A DNA stretch of 64,000 nt, from assembly GCA_038245295.1 (NCBI GenBank), contig JBBRSP010000011.1:64001-128000 (forward strand), read 5' to 3'. The stretch is from Candidatus Binatia bacterium. GTDB lineage: Bacteria; Desulfobacterota; Binatia; HRBIN30. The position numbers were made by a program, and so were the translations under genes. Positions 46,577 through 56,639 of the stretch are shown piece by piece (the stretch's first letter is position 1; every line of letters begins with the position of its first letter). Below the pieces are notes generated by a model, which did not search any database, was not told where the DNA came from, and worked only from the letters and a program-made list of their open reading frames with translations.

Positions 46577-47050
46577 TTAGCCGCCGTACTCCAGCACCAT
46601 GAGCACCTGGCCGCCGTTGATCATGTCACCGGCGGCTACGCGTACTTCCCGCACGGTGGCCGCAGCTTCGGCACTGAGACGGGTTTCCATTTTCATGGCT
46701 TCCAGAACGACGAGTCCGTCACCGACCGCCACCTTGTCTCCAACCTGGACCAGGACCTGAAGGATCTTGCCTGGCATCGGTGCGGTGACTTCGGGGGCGG
46801 CGACATGCTCCATCGTATGTTCGGCGCCGCTGTGTGGCTCGAACCGGTGCACCTCGCCGCCGATCGCGACCAGCCGGGCTTGCCCATCGCGCGCCGTTGC
46901 CACCGTATGCTGATGGCCGTCGACGACGAGAGCCTCGCCATGCAGACGAACCTCGTGGGTGTGCCCGTCGATCTCGACCACGTATCGATCACCGTCGGCT
47001 CGCACGTCGAGCTCGATCACTCCGTGTTGGTCGCGCAGGCTGATCTTCAT
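46577..47050 (-). CDS. Biotin carboxyl carrier protein (C-terminal part of a split MCC-alpha-like subunit)
   Basis: VTAPMPGKI...LEAMKME biotinylation motif; ATG 47050 directly follows the BC stop. Confidence 0.92.
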   Translation of the reverse strand: MKISLRDQHGVIELDVRADGDRYVVEIDGHTHEVRLHGEALVVDGHQHTVATARDGQARLVAIGGEVHRFEPHSGAEHTMEHVAAPEVTAPMPGKILQVLVQVGDKVAVGDGLVVLEAMKMETRLSAEAAATVREVRVAAGDMINGGQVLMVLEYGG

Positions 47051-47054
47051 TGCC

Positions 47055-48551
47055 CTACGCCTCTCCCACGCGCCAATGCCCGAGGGTCTGCCACGGCGTG
47101 GCGACTTGGTGAGGTCCACTTGTCCCAGCGGCCGACGGTTGCTTCGCACGTTGTGCCTCAATTGCTGCGGCGATGGCGGCGATGTGGCGATGACGTTGTG
47201 GATTCTCCCACTTGGGGAAATGTTCGGCGATGAAGTGGGTTTGCGTTGCGCCTTCCGAAAATGCCGTGTGTTCCAATACATCAATGAGGAAGGGAATGGC
47301 CGTGGTGCATCCAAGGATCACGTAGTCGCGCAGCGCGGTGATCATGCGGCGCCGCGCCGCTTCGCGTGTCTCACCCCATACCGCCAGTTTTGCCAGCATC
47401 GGGTCATAGAAAATCGGTACGGTGAATCCCTCGGCGACACCGGAGTCGACGCGTACGCCGGGCCCACGTGGTTCGCGCAGGCGCGTGATCGTCCCAGGAC
47501 TCGGGAAGAACTGCTGCGCCGGGTCTTCGGCGCAAATGCGGCACTCGATGGCGTGGCCGCGTGCGACAATATCTTCCTGACGCAACCAGAGCGGTTCACC
47601 CTGCGCGATGCGCAGCTGCGCTTGAACGAGATCAATGCCGGTAACGAGCTCGGTGATCGGATGCTCGACCTGGAGGCGCGTGTTCACCTCGAGGAAGTAG
47701 AACGAATCGTCGGGGGCCAGCAGGAACTCGACCGTGCCGGCGTTGCGGTAGTTGACCGCACGGGCGATGGCCAGAGCGGCATCGGTCATGGCGCGACGGA
47801 TCGCCGGGCTGACAGCGGGGGAGGGCGTCTCCTCGATGATCTTCTGGTGGCGGCGCTGAATCGAACACTCACGCTCGCCGAGATGCACCACATTGCCGTG
47901 ATGATCGGCGAGAATCTGCACCTCGACGTGACGCGGGCGCTCCACGTAGCGCTCGAGGAAAACACGCCCGTCACCGAAGGCGCTCAGCGCCTCGCGTCCA
48001 GCTGCGGCGAATGCTTCGATGAGATGGACCGCTTGGCGCACGATGCGCATTCCCTTGCCACCACCACCGGCCGCTGCCTTGATCAGGAGTGGATATCCAA
48101 CCTTTCCGGCGGCAGCAGTCAGAGCGGCGGGTTCCGTGGGCGGAGCCTCGTCGGCCGGGACGACGGGTACGCCGGCGGCGACGGCCATGCGTCGCGCGTT
48201 GGTCTTGTCTCCCATCGACTCGATTGCCGCCGGCGTTGGGCCGATGAAGATGAGGCCGGCATCGATCACCGCCTGGGCGAACGCGGCGTTCTCGGCCAGA
48301 AATCCGTAGCCTGGATGGATCGCGTCGGCGCCGGTGTGTTTGGCCGCACCGATCAGCTTGGTGATGTTCAGGTAGCTTTCGCTGCTCGGCGGCGGCCCAA
48401 TGCACACCGCTTGATCAGCGGCGGCGCGATGTGGCGCCTCGGCGTCGGCTTCGGAGTAGACCGCAACCGTCGACAGGCCCATCTCGCGGCAGCCACGTAG
48501 GATTCGGATGGCAATTTCGCCGCGGTTGGCAACTAGGACTCGTTTGATCAT
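47055..48551 (-). CDS. Biotin carboxylase subunit
   Basis: VLVANRGEIA, IHPGYGFLAEN, GGGGKGMR, ERECSIQRRHQK, FLEVNTRLQVEHP. Confidence 0.96.
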   Translation of the reverse strand: MIKRVLVANRGEIAIRILRGCREMGLSTVAVYSEADAEAPHRAAADQAVCIGPPPSSESYLNITKLIGAAKHTGADAIHPGYGFLAENAAFAQAVIDAGLIFIGPTPAAIESMGDKTNARRMAVAAGVPVVPADEAPPTEPAALTAAAGKVGYPLLIKAAAGGGGKGMRIVRQAVHLIEAFAAAGREALSAFGDGRVFLERYVERPRHVEVQILADHHGNVVHLGERECSIQRRHQKIIEETPSPAVSPAIRRAMTDAALAIARAVNYRNAGTVEFLLAPDDSFYFLEVNTRLQVEHPITELVTGIDLVQAQLRIAQGEPLWLRQEDIVARGHAIECRICAEDPAQQFFPSPGTITRLREPRGPGVRVDSGVAEGFTVPIFYDPMLAKLAVWGETREAARRRMITALRDYVILGCTTAIPFLIDVLEHTAFSEGATQTHFIAEHFPKWENPQRHRHIAAIAAAIEAQRAKQPSAAGTSGPHQVATPWQTLGHWRVGEA

Positions 48552-48566
48552 CGCGTTGCCCCGGGC

Positions 48567-50174
48567 CTACATGCGGAAGACGCCCGGCTTGGTGTCCGGA
48601 ACCGGTGCGTTGCTGGCGGCGGCGAGGGCCAGCCCAAGAATATCGCGTGTCTTGACGGGATCGATGACGCCGTCATCCCACAAGCGCGCCGTGGAGTAGT
48701 AGGCGCTGCCTTCCTCCTCGTATTTGGCGAGGATCGGTCGACGAAACTCGTCTTGCTCCGCCTGAGTCATGTCCTGCTTCTTGGCGGCCAATTGCTGCAG
48801 CTTGACGGTCAGCAACGTGTTGGCGGCCTGCTCGCCACCCATCACCGAGATCCGCCCGTTGGGCCACATGAACAGCAGTCGTGGCTGGTAGGCACGGCCA
48901 CACATGCCGTAATTGCCGGCGCCATTCGAGGCGCCGATGACGACGGTGAACTTCGGTACGGCAACCGTGCTCACCGCATGCACCATCTTGGCGCCGTCTT
49001 TGGCGATACCGCCGTGCTCGTACTGCTTGCCGACGATGAATCCGGTGATGTTCTGCAGAAACAGCAGCGGCACTTTGCGTTGCCCGCATAGCTCGATGAA
49101 ATGAGCCGCCTTCAAGGATGACTCGGAGAACAGGATGCCGTTGTTGGCGACGATTCCAACCAGGTAACCGTGGACACGTGCGAATCCGGTGACCAGCGTT
49201 GTGCCATAACGCGGCTTGAACTCGTGTAGGCGACTGCCGTCGACCATGCGGGCGATGATCTCGCGCACGTCGAACTGGCGTCGTGCGTCGCGCGGCAGAA
49301 TCCCGTAGATCTCTTGCGGATCGTAGGCCGGATCTTCGGCAGCCTCGTGGTCGAGAGAACGCGCCGGTGCGCGGCCAAGATTCTCGAAGATCGAACGGGT
49401 GAGCTCGATGGCGTGTTCGTCATTGGCGGCAAGGTGATCTGCTACGCCGGAGATGCGCGTGTGTACGTCACCGCCTCCGAGATCCTCGGCCGTGACTTCC
49501 TCGCCGGTGGCTGCCTTTACCAACGGCGGACCGCCGAGAAAGATCGTCCCGGTACCCCGCACGATGATTGTCTCATCGCTCATCGCCGGCACGTAGGCGC
49601 CGCCCGCCGTGCACGATCCCATGACAACGGCAATCTGCGGGATCGCCGCCGCGGACATACGTGCCTGATTGTAGAAGATACGGCCGAAGTGCTCGCGGTC
49701 GGGGAAGATCTCTGCCTGCATCGGTAGGAACGCGCCGCCGGAGTCGACCAGGTAGACGCACGGTAAACGATTCTCGAGGGCGATCTCCTGCGCGCGCAGA
49801 TGTTTCTTGACAGTGAAAGGGTAGTAGGTGCCGCCCTTGACGGTGGCGTCATTGGCGACGATCACCGTCTCACGCCCGTGGATGGAGCCGATACCGGTAA
49901 CCACGCCGGCCGACGGTGCCTCGTTGTTGTACAGGCCATTGGCGGCCAGAGTCGAGAGCTCGAGAAACGGGGAATCGGGATCAATCAAGGCATCGATGCG
50001 CTCACGGGCCAGCAGCTTGCCACGTTCCTTGTGGCGTCGGCGCTGATCTTCCGGCCCGCCCAGTTGCGCCTGCGCCAAGCGCTCTTGCAGCTCCTTGGCG
50101 AGTCCCAGATGGTGCTGTCGGTTGTCCGCGAACTCGGCATCGGAAGGACGAACTTTCGATTCGATACGTCGCAT
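48567..50174 (-). CDS. liuB: Methylcrotonyl-CoA carboxylase-type carboxyltransferase (beta) subunit
   Basis: [63 protein letters not shown], terminal GVFRM. Confidence 0.9.
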   Translation of the reverse strand: MRRIESKVRPSDAEFADNRQHHLGLAKELQERLAQAQLGGPEDQRRRHKERGKLLARERIDALIDPDSPFLELSTLAANGLYNNEAPSAGVVTGIGSIHGRETVIVANDATVKGGTYYPFTVKKHLRAQEIALENRLPCVYLVDSGGAFLPMQAEIFPDREHFGRIFYNQARMSAAAIPQIAVVMGSCTAGGAYVPAMSDETIIVRGTGTIFLGGPPLVKAATGEEVTAEDLGGGDVHTRISGVADHLAANDEHAIELTRSIFENLGRAPARSLDHEAAEDPAYDPQEIYGILPRDARRQFDVREIIARMVDGSRLHEFKPRYGTTLVTGFARVHGYLVGIVANNGILFSESSLKAAHFIELCGQRKVPLLFLQNITGFIVGKQYEHGGIAKDGAKMVHAVSTVAVPKFTVVIGASNGAGNYGMCGRAYQPRLLFMWPNGRISVMGGEQAANTLLTVKLQQLAAKKQDMTQAEQDEFRRPILAKYEEEGSAYYSTARLWDDGVIDPVKTRDILGLALAAASNAPVPDTKPGVFRM

Positions 50175-50210
50175 CGGCGGCTGCAATAACAATGTTGCGA
50201 ACGGCCGTCA

Positions 50211-50819
50211 CTAGCCGGTGACGTAACGGTGCAACATCCACAGGGTTGCGACTGTCATGACGGCGTATGTCCACCACCACCACTCGTTCGTGGCCTCATC
50301 GGGCGACACATCCGCGTCCGCCTTGTTGGCTACTTCGGGCTCGATGGCTTCCAGGGCCTTAGCATCAAATGGCAGACGCCAGCGCAAGCCGCAGCGCTGA
50401 CACCGATACACGTGCGGCGAGCGCCACGGCATCAGGGCCGATTTGAGCTGATTCGGGGGGAGCGATAATACCGCCGGCAACGACATAGGCAGCAATAGAA
50501 CCAGGGCGGCAGACGATGTAGTTCGATTGAGCAGCTTTAGCTCCGCGCTACCGCAACGCGGGCAGACATCCGTCGGCAGCTCGGTTCCGGCGGTGAGGCT
50601 GTTGAGGATTGACAGAGCTTCCTCTGCCCTTGCTTGATGGACTTGAACCCCAATACCGCCGAGGGCGAGCGAATACTGCCAGTTCAGCGAAGCTAGATGT
50701 TCTTCAGGCAGGAATGCCTCGATGCCCGCTGCCTCGAGCGTGGCACGTGCCATCATCGCCGTGGCAACATCGGCAAAACGCATGATCACCACCAACCCAT
50801 CGGGGTCCATCGTGAGCAT
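50211..50819 (-). CDS. DUF2007 domain membrane protein with a CxxC...CxxC putative Zn ribbon
   Basis: LEAAGIEAFL..E......ALGGI.VQV....AEEA; CPRCGS and CQRCG; hydrophobic segments. Confidence 0.75.
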   Translation of the reverse strand: MLTMDPDGLVVIMRFADVATAMMARATLEAAGIEAFLPEEHLASLNWQYSLALGGIGVQVHQARAEEALSILNSLTAGTELPTDVCPRCGSAELKLLNRTTSSAALVLLLPMSLPAVLSLPPNQLKSALMPWRSPHVYRCQRCGLRWRLPFDAKALEAIEPEVANKADADVSPDEATNEWWWWTYAVMTVATLWMLHRYVTG

Positions 50820-50870
50820 GCTAACAGGCGTGGCGGAAACGTCGACGTGGCGATTGATGTGGTCGTCGCC

Positions 50871-52400
50871 TCAGACGATCAGGGTGAACGTTGTCCCACT
50901 CTGGCCTGACTCGAAGCTTACGCTGCCGCCGCGGGTCTCTGCGACGGCGCGGACGATGGCCAAGCCGAGCCCGGTGCCGCCGGCATCGCGTTCGGTCGTG
51001 AAGAAGCGTTCGAAGACTCGGGCTCGATTGCCGGTGCTGATGCCGGCGCCGCGATCGTGCACTTGGAAGGCAACTTGGGCGTCTCCGAACTTGGCAACGC
51101 TAAGGTCCACCGGTTCCCCGGCGCCGTGGCGCACGGCGTTGTCGAGTAGATTGCGCAACGCCATCTCGAGATGATCGCGCTGCATGGTAAGCCGCTCCGG
51201 TGCGAGGCGTAGGTCGACCCGGACCTGATCGCCATAACGCTGCGCCAAGCCGCGACAGAATGGACCCAGCGCCAACTCCTCGGCGGTTTCCGGAGCACTC
51301 TGGATGCGTGCGAGTTGCAGCAGGCGTGACACCAGACGATCCATGCGCTCGGCATCGGCATTGATGTTGGCGAGGAAGCGTTGCTTCTGCTCGGGACTCA
51401 TCTGTTCTCCGCTGTCACGCAACAGCTCGATGGCTCCTTTGATTCCGGCCAGCGGGGTCTTGAGTTCGTGGCTGACGGTAGCGGCGAACTCGGAGATGTA
51501 TTTGGCGCGATCGCTGAGCTGCGAAGTGACGCGCTGCAGGGCCGTCGCCAGACTTTCGACTTCCGCCGGGGCGAAGCCTTGAGGTATCAACGTGCCTACC
51601 GGCTCGCCGCGCGCCATGGCTTCGGCCGAGGCGGTGATGGCGCGCACCGGGCGAGCGATCCGACGCGAAAAGAAGAGACTGACCGCCACTGTTACGGCGA
51701 TGCACAGGAGGGCTGCCGCCAACACGGTGAAGCGTAGCTTCCAAACCGCTTCGAGCGGACTGCTGCTGAGACGGGACAGATAGACCACGCCTGTAACCTC
51801 GGATCCTTCTCTTACTGGCAGCGCCATGAACACGCGCACGGAGCTACGCCGACTGAGGCCGGCCCATTGAATGAACTTGGCGCGCGGCAGACGTGCACGA
51901 GTCAACGCCGCATAGTTTCCATCCAAGGCCTGCCGCACCTCGGGTAGGTCTCCAAGGCAGGCACCGAGGTCACTCGCTGTCGTGGCAACCACGCAGCCCT
52001 GCGCATCGAGAACCCGCAACGAGCCTAGATTGGCCTGGCGCGCTCGCTGAAGGAGGGCTTGGATGCGCGCCCCGGCCACCCAGGCCGGACCGCTGCGATC
52101 GGCAGCCCAATGAGTGGGCACCGCGGCGGGGGCGGCAAACTGGTAGTCGAGGGATAACACGCCGTCGATCGGTCGCAGCCCTTCGCGGTGCGGTGCATCG
52201 ATTCGCCCGGGATCGCTGGCAAGCTGTTGCTCCCGCCATGTTTCGCCGATCAGCAGGGCTTCGGCGATCAGCTGCTGCTCGGTTACACGGACCAGGTGAC
52301 CGTCCCACAGGTGGAGGAAGGTCACCGCGAACACCGGCAGCAACAAGATGAACGCATTGGCGAGCAGCAGCAGGTAGCGGATGCTGAGGCGCGTCTTCAT
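50871..52400 (-). CDS. Sensor histidine kinase (CreC-like; TM-periplasmic-TM-HAMP-HisKA-HATPase)
   Basis: VSHELKTPL H-box, NLLDNA, DRGAGI, FERFFTT, GTGLGLAI. Confidence 0.95.
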   Translation of the reverse strand: MKTRLSIRYLLLLANAFILLLPVFAVTFLHLWDGHLVRVTEQQLIAEALLIGETWREQQLASDPGRIDAPHREGLRPIDGVLSLDYQFAAPAAVPTHWAADRSGPAWVAGARIQALLQRARQANLGSLRVLDAQGCVVATTASDLGACLGDLPEVRQALDGNYAALTRARLPRAKFIQWAGLSRRSSVRVFMALPVREGSEVTGVVYLSRLSSSPLEAVWKLRFTVLAAALLCIAVTVAVSLFFSRRIARPVRAITASAEAMARGEPVGTLIPQGFAPAEVESLATALQRVTSQLSDRAKYISEFAATVSHELKTPLAGIKGAIELLRDSGEQMSPEQKQRFLANINADAERMDRLVSRLLQLARIQSAPETAEELALGPFCRGLAQRYGDQVRVDLRLAPERLTMQRDHLEMALRNLLDNAVRHGAGEPVDLSVAKFGDAQVAFQVHDRGAGISTGNRARVFERFFTTERDAGGTGLGLAIVRAVAETRGGSVSFESGQSGTTFTLIV

Positions 52401-53074
52401 TCGCGTAGCCGGTAGCCTATCCCGTAGACGGTCTCGACGGGATCGGCGCCGAGGTCGGAAAACTTACGCCGTAGACGACGAATATGACTATCGATGGTTC
52501 GATCGGTGATGGCGTGGTCGAGCCCATACGCCAGATCGACGAGCTCGCCGCGTGAATACACTTTCCCCGGGTGACCCATAAGCGAACGTACAAGGCCGAA
52601 CTCAGTGGCCGTCAGGACTACCTCCGTGCCCTTCCAGAGGCAGCGATGGCGCGACACATCCAGGACCAGATCGCCACGTCGAAGCGGAGTCTCCTCTGGA
52701 GATGCTCCGGCATCGCTGCCGCGCCGCAGGATGGCTTTGACGCGGGCCACCAGCTCGCGCGGGCTAAAAGGCTTGGTGACATAGTCATCGCCACCCAACT
52801 CGAGGCCGAGGACGCGATCAATTTCGTCGTCTCGACTCGAAAGGAAGAGGATGGGGACGCGGCTTTTCTCGCGAAGCTTACGGCAAACTTCGATGCCGTC
52901 GAGCTCCGGCATGAGGATATCGAGTACGACGACGTCGGCCGGATGGTCGGCAAATGCTGCCAGGGCAGCCTTGCCATCGGCCGCTTCGCGTACCGTGTGT
53001 CCGGCTTGCACAAGCGCGAAGCGCAGCACCTCGCGGATGTGACCGTCATCGTCGACTACGAGAATCTTCGCCAC
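52397..53074 (-). CDS. OmpR-family response regulator
   Basis: ILVVDDD, LDILMP, DDYVTKPFSPREL, RTIDSHIRRLRRK, TVYGIGY; overlaps the kinase start. Confidence 0.96.
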   Translation of the reverse strand: MAKILVVDDDGHIREVLRFALVQAGHTVREAADGKAALAAFADHPADVVVLDILMPELDGIEVCRKLREKSRVPILFLSSRDDEIDRVLGLELGGDDYVTKPFSPRELVARVKAILRRGSDAGASPEETPLRRGDLVLDVSRHRCLWKGTEVVLTATEFGLVRSLMGHPGKVYSRGELVDLAYGLDHAITDRTIDSHIRRLRRKFSDLGADPVETVYGIGYRLRE

Positions 53075-53410
53075 GCATCACCCCTCTATACGGAAGTCCA
53101 CGTCGCGCCAACGCTCAAACCAGGACGCCATGCACGACCTGAGGTCAGGCTCTCCCCTGTGAACGGAGTTGGCGAAGGGCGAGTTGGGTCAAACTCGTGC
53201 ACGCCACGGCACAGCAAGGTCGATCCCCGTGCGCCGCCGGAACCTTGGTGGTGTCATGTAGTCTCTACATGGTCGCTGGCGAATTGTAATCGTTGCAGAC
53301 CTCCGTGTGCTTGAACCGCACACGTTGCGGAAGGCGGCGCGATGGCACGCGGAGCTGATCAGTGCCGGGACGATGTGCAACTGAGCCGATTCGACGGCCC
53401 ACACCTCGCC

Positions 53411-54109
53411 TCAGTTTGGCTGATCGCCACTCTGGTGAGGGCTGTGGGACGGCAGGGCCTGCGCCGACGTCCACGACACCGCTGGAGTCTGCGGCGTGGC
53501 GCAGGCATTTCCAACCGGGGTACAGGCACTCCAAGCCTCGGGCGGCAGGGGATCATCCCCGTATCGACTCCGCTGGCATAGCCCACTGGCGCGACGATAG
53601 AGATTCTCGATCGCGACGGCCTCGACCTCGTGTTCCCCAGGGTTGATGCCACGGCAGTCTTGCACGGCGTGGACGATCTCGTGCAGCAGCGAAGCAGTGG
53701 GGTCGCGGTAGACTGGTTCTGTGACGTCGCCGTCGCACCCTTCTTCTAGTTCCGTACGCAGAGAAGGGTTCCAGGAAATAACGCCGGTTTGGCGGTCGAA
53801 TACATTTCGACCAATTTCCGAATCGGCACAAATTTCAAAACGCCGCCCAGGGCACTGATCCAACTCTTCCAACAAGGCGGCAATCTGCAGGGGTTGTCCG
53901 CAAGCATCCGCGGTAGTTTGCAGCGTCTGCAGGGCAGGCGTGACCACTTCGACGGCCTGTGCCTCGACGATCAACTCCGCGGCGGCGGATCGGTGCAAGA
54001 CCGCCACGAGGGTGGCACACAGCAGCCGGCGCAGTAGGCGACTCCGGCAGCTGGCTAGCCACTCCCCTGGGACAGTCCGCGACGGGGCGGGTTCGGTCTC
54101 GTATTTCAT
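53411..54109 (-). CDS. Hypothetical Cys-containing protein with HExxH zincin motif (start uncertain)
   Basis: SLLHEIVHAVQD...EVEAVAIENLYR; possible signal RRLLCATLVAVLHRSAAA. Confidence 0.6.
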   Translation of the reverse strand: MKYETEPAPSRTVPGEWLASCRSRLLRRLLCATLVAVLHRSAAAELIVEAQAVEVVTPALQTLQTTADACGQPLQIAALLEELDQCPGRRFEICADSEIGRNVFDRQTGVISWNPSLRTELEEGCDGDVTEPVYRDPTASLLHEIVHAVQDCRGINPGEHEVEAVAIENLYRRASGLCQRSRYGDDPLPPEAWSACTPVGNACATPQTPAVSWTSAQALPSHSPHQSGDQPN

Positions 54110-54320
54110 CTTCAAGATCGGTTCGCACCTGTGTCCGCCGGTTGTCGTGCGGACGGAATTTTCCTTCACATACTCGTCTTCGACAGGCAACCGAAAAAGG
54201 CGAAAAGGCGCTTCCAGGAATTCCGACGCCCTTCGCGTTGACGCTTCGAAGCAGCTGTCGCCGAGGCGATCGGAGATTCAGCGTTGAGTCAGGCGGATTC
54301 GCACATTAGGGTGTCACACC

Positions 54321-55034
54321 ATGAAACGCCGCCTTCTAACCGCCGCTGCCGCGTGCACCGTTGTCGTGTTTGCGACAACGGTCCCGGCATGGGCTCACGG
54401 CAACATGCCGCCCTACATCGCCTTCTGGGGGCCCTTCAGTGAAGCGGCAACTCGCTGCCAGCGTATGCTTGGGTTGGCGGCGCAGCGCTGCGTCGGCGAG
54501 GTGTTGGCTCTGCCACGCACCTGTCCGGATTGTGATGCGGCTGAGCTGAGCGCGGCACGGGAAACAGCCATCATGGCCGAGGAGGAGCCAATCCGCTCTG
54601 CCTGCGTGGAGGCCAGTAGCATCGAGTTGGGCTTTCGCGGGGTCGATGAGGCGCTATCGGATCTGCGCCGTACCTGTACCAATGAGCCTGTCACAGTCGG
54701 ACAACTCGTCCACGCCGCCGCCGATGTTGCTGCGAGCGCGGATTGTAGCGAACGTACCAAAGCTCTGGCGGAGATGTTGCTCGAAGACGCAATTCATGTG
54801 AAGCGCGCGACGCTGGACGTCATCGCTACGCGCTCACTGCAACCGAGCCAGCGCTTGGCGCGCATCAACCGTGCCGCTAACCGTCTCGCCAAAATGCGCA
54901 CCCGACTCGATGGGTTGTTGGCCGAAGTTTGCGTGAGCCCGCCACCGGCGAGCTTCCTGGTTCTGATCGAGTTGCGCGCCGACTGTGTTGTCGACGGCGC
55001 CTACTACCAGTCCGCCTACCAGTGCCCGCGATGA
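54321..55034 (+). CDS. Secreted Cys-rich helical hypothetical protein
   Basis: Signal MKRRLLTAAAACTVVVFATTVPAWA; about 10 Cys in the mature part; RCQRMLG motif. Confidence 0.7.
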   Translation: MKRRLLTAAAACTVVVFATTVPAWAHGNMPPYIAFWGPFSEAATRCQRMLGLAAQRCVGEVLALPRTCPDCDAAELSAARETAIMAEEEPIRSACVEASSIELGFRGVDEALSDLRRTCTNEPVTVGQLVHAAADVAASADCSERTKALAEMLLEDAIHVKRATLDVIATRSLQPSQRLARINRAANRLAKMRTRLDGLLAEVCVSPPPASFLVLIELRADCVVDGAYYQSAYQCPR

Positions 55035-55129
55035 GCGTGGCCGCAGCGTGGAGTGATCGTTGCTCCCACCAGGGTGGTTGTGTGTAAGTCGCACGGGGGA
55101 CAGGCAATGCCGCCCTCCGCGATCGATTC

Positions 55130-56542
55130 TCAGTTGCCGTGACGAATGGTCGTGGTCTGCACCGCGTCCTTCGTCACGCAGGTGATGGCTTCGTTCTGAC
55201 TATCCGTTGGGAAATAGAAGCCGAACCAATTGCAGTGCTCGTTGGTGTCCGTGAAGGGCCCGAATTTGAAGTCGTACGGCGTCGTATTCTCCCACTGACA
55301 TTCCCACTCGAGACCCTGGCCGGCATCGAACAGCGGCATGTTGTCGACTGGATAAACCAGGAAAGGCGGATCACTGTATCCCTGGTAGTCGTACAGCTTC
55401 TCGCCGCGCTCGCCATTGTCGAAGCGGTAGGTGGTGAAGTGACGACCGCGGAAGTGGTAGTGGCCGGTTTGGGCCATCAACGTGATGTCTTTGGGGAAGG
55501 TGCAGCCGGCGGCCTTGGTTGTCACCGAGTGAGCTGGGACGAACACATCCTTGTCTTGCCCGAAGATTGCCCCGGCGTTGGCAACGATGGTTCCTGGCGT
55601 CGCGGCGTGGATGTTCATCACGACTTTTCCCTCACCGCGGGTTTCCAACGAGCCGATGTTGACGAAATGGGTTTGCACCAGCAGCTGCTCCCCGGCCCTG
55701 AAGTGGTACCCGATGCCGCTGGGGAGTTGCCAGTCGGTAGCGCGGAGTTGGCTTGCCGCCACCAACTCCCACTTGTCGAAATCGACTGCCGTATTGCAGG
55801 TTTCGAAGCCATCCGGGATGTCGAGTGTCGAGTCGTAGGGGCGGTACAGGTGAATGTGGTGGCTGCCACCACTGACGGCGATCTCGAAACGAGTGGCGTC
55901 TAAATCGACATCGGATGGCAACTTCAGGTAGTGGCAGCTCGTCTCTTCTTTGCCATCCGGGATTGCCGCAGCCGTGACCTTGAGCTGCACACCGCGCAGC
56001 GGCGGCGGCAGGTTGATGTCGTTGCTGCCGGCATCGCCAAGGCCAAGCGGTTTACCATCATCGCCGGCTACTACACCGTCGTGCGGAGCTCCGGCGGCAA
56101 TCCAGGCGCGGATCACGGCGACCGTGTGTGTCGGCAATAAGGCCGCCCCGTAGGGCATCGAGGTTCCTTCGCCGGGGTCGAGAGTGTTCGCCAATTTCGA
56201 TAGCAGCAGACTCTTGCTCGGGTCGCCGGGCATGACCCTCATGTAACCGTGGGCGGCGGCAAGCGGGTTGGAGGGAGTCACTCGCATCAGGGCATCCCAG
56301 GAATCGCCATTGTCGAGCACAAGCGCGCCAGCCTGACCGACATGACTATGACAAGAATCGGAGGAACAGCTTACGTTGAATACTTGTGTCTGAATTCGCG
56401 AGAACGTCGAGGCGGAAGCATGCGCGTCGGAGTTACTGACGCTGCCGCCGCAGCCGGCGGCAACAACGAGGACCATCAGTCCACACGCCCAAACGCGTTG
56501 GTGGAGGGGGTTTCGCGCATGCCGAAATGTCTTCGAGCTCAT
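55130..56542 (-). CDS. Lipoprotein: c-type cytochrome-like domain fused to a PHM/DBH-like copper monooxygenase
   Basis: AAGC lipobox; CSSDSCH...PGDPSKSLL...MP...WI.AGA; GSHHIHLY, QTHFVN, GHYHFRG, WEC.W.N, NEHC. Confidence 0.75.
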   Translation of the reverse strand: MSSKTFRHARNPLHQRVWACGLMVLVVAAGCGGSVSNSDAHASASTFSRIQTQVFNVSCSSDSCHSHVGQAGALVLDNGDSWDALMRVTPSNPLAAAHGYMRVMPGDPSKSLLLSKLANTLDPGEGTSMPYGAALLPTHTVAVIRAWIAAGAPHDGVVAGDDGKPLGLGDAGSNDINLPPPLRGVQLKVTAAAIPDGKEETSCHYLKLPSDVDLDATRFEIAVSGGSHHIHLYRPYDSTLDIPDGFETCNTAVDFDKWELVAASQLRATDWQLPSGIGYHFRAGEQLLVQTHFVNIGSLETRGEGKVVMNIHAATPGTIVANAGAIFGQDKDVFVPAHSVTTKAAGCTFPKDITLMAQTGHYHFRGRHFTTYRFDNGERGEKLYDYQGYSDPPFLVYPVDNMPLFDAGQGLEWECQWENTTPYDFKFGPFTDTNEHCNWFGFYFPTDSQNEAITCVTKDAVQTTTIRHGN

Positions 56543-56639
56543 TGCGCCGCAACTCTAAAGAGCGGCCACACTAGGGTCAACCGCAAAGTTTGAAGTAGAC
56601 AGCTGATTCCGGGCACGCGAATGGGCGATTTATTGCGGA

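Noticed and set aside
53255..53271. CATGTAG-TCT-CTACATG palindrome upstream of the response regulator
   Set aside because: A single 7-bp-arm palindrome could be chance; no second copy seen
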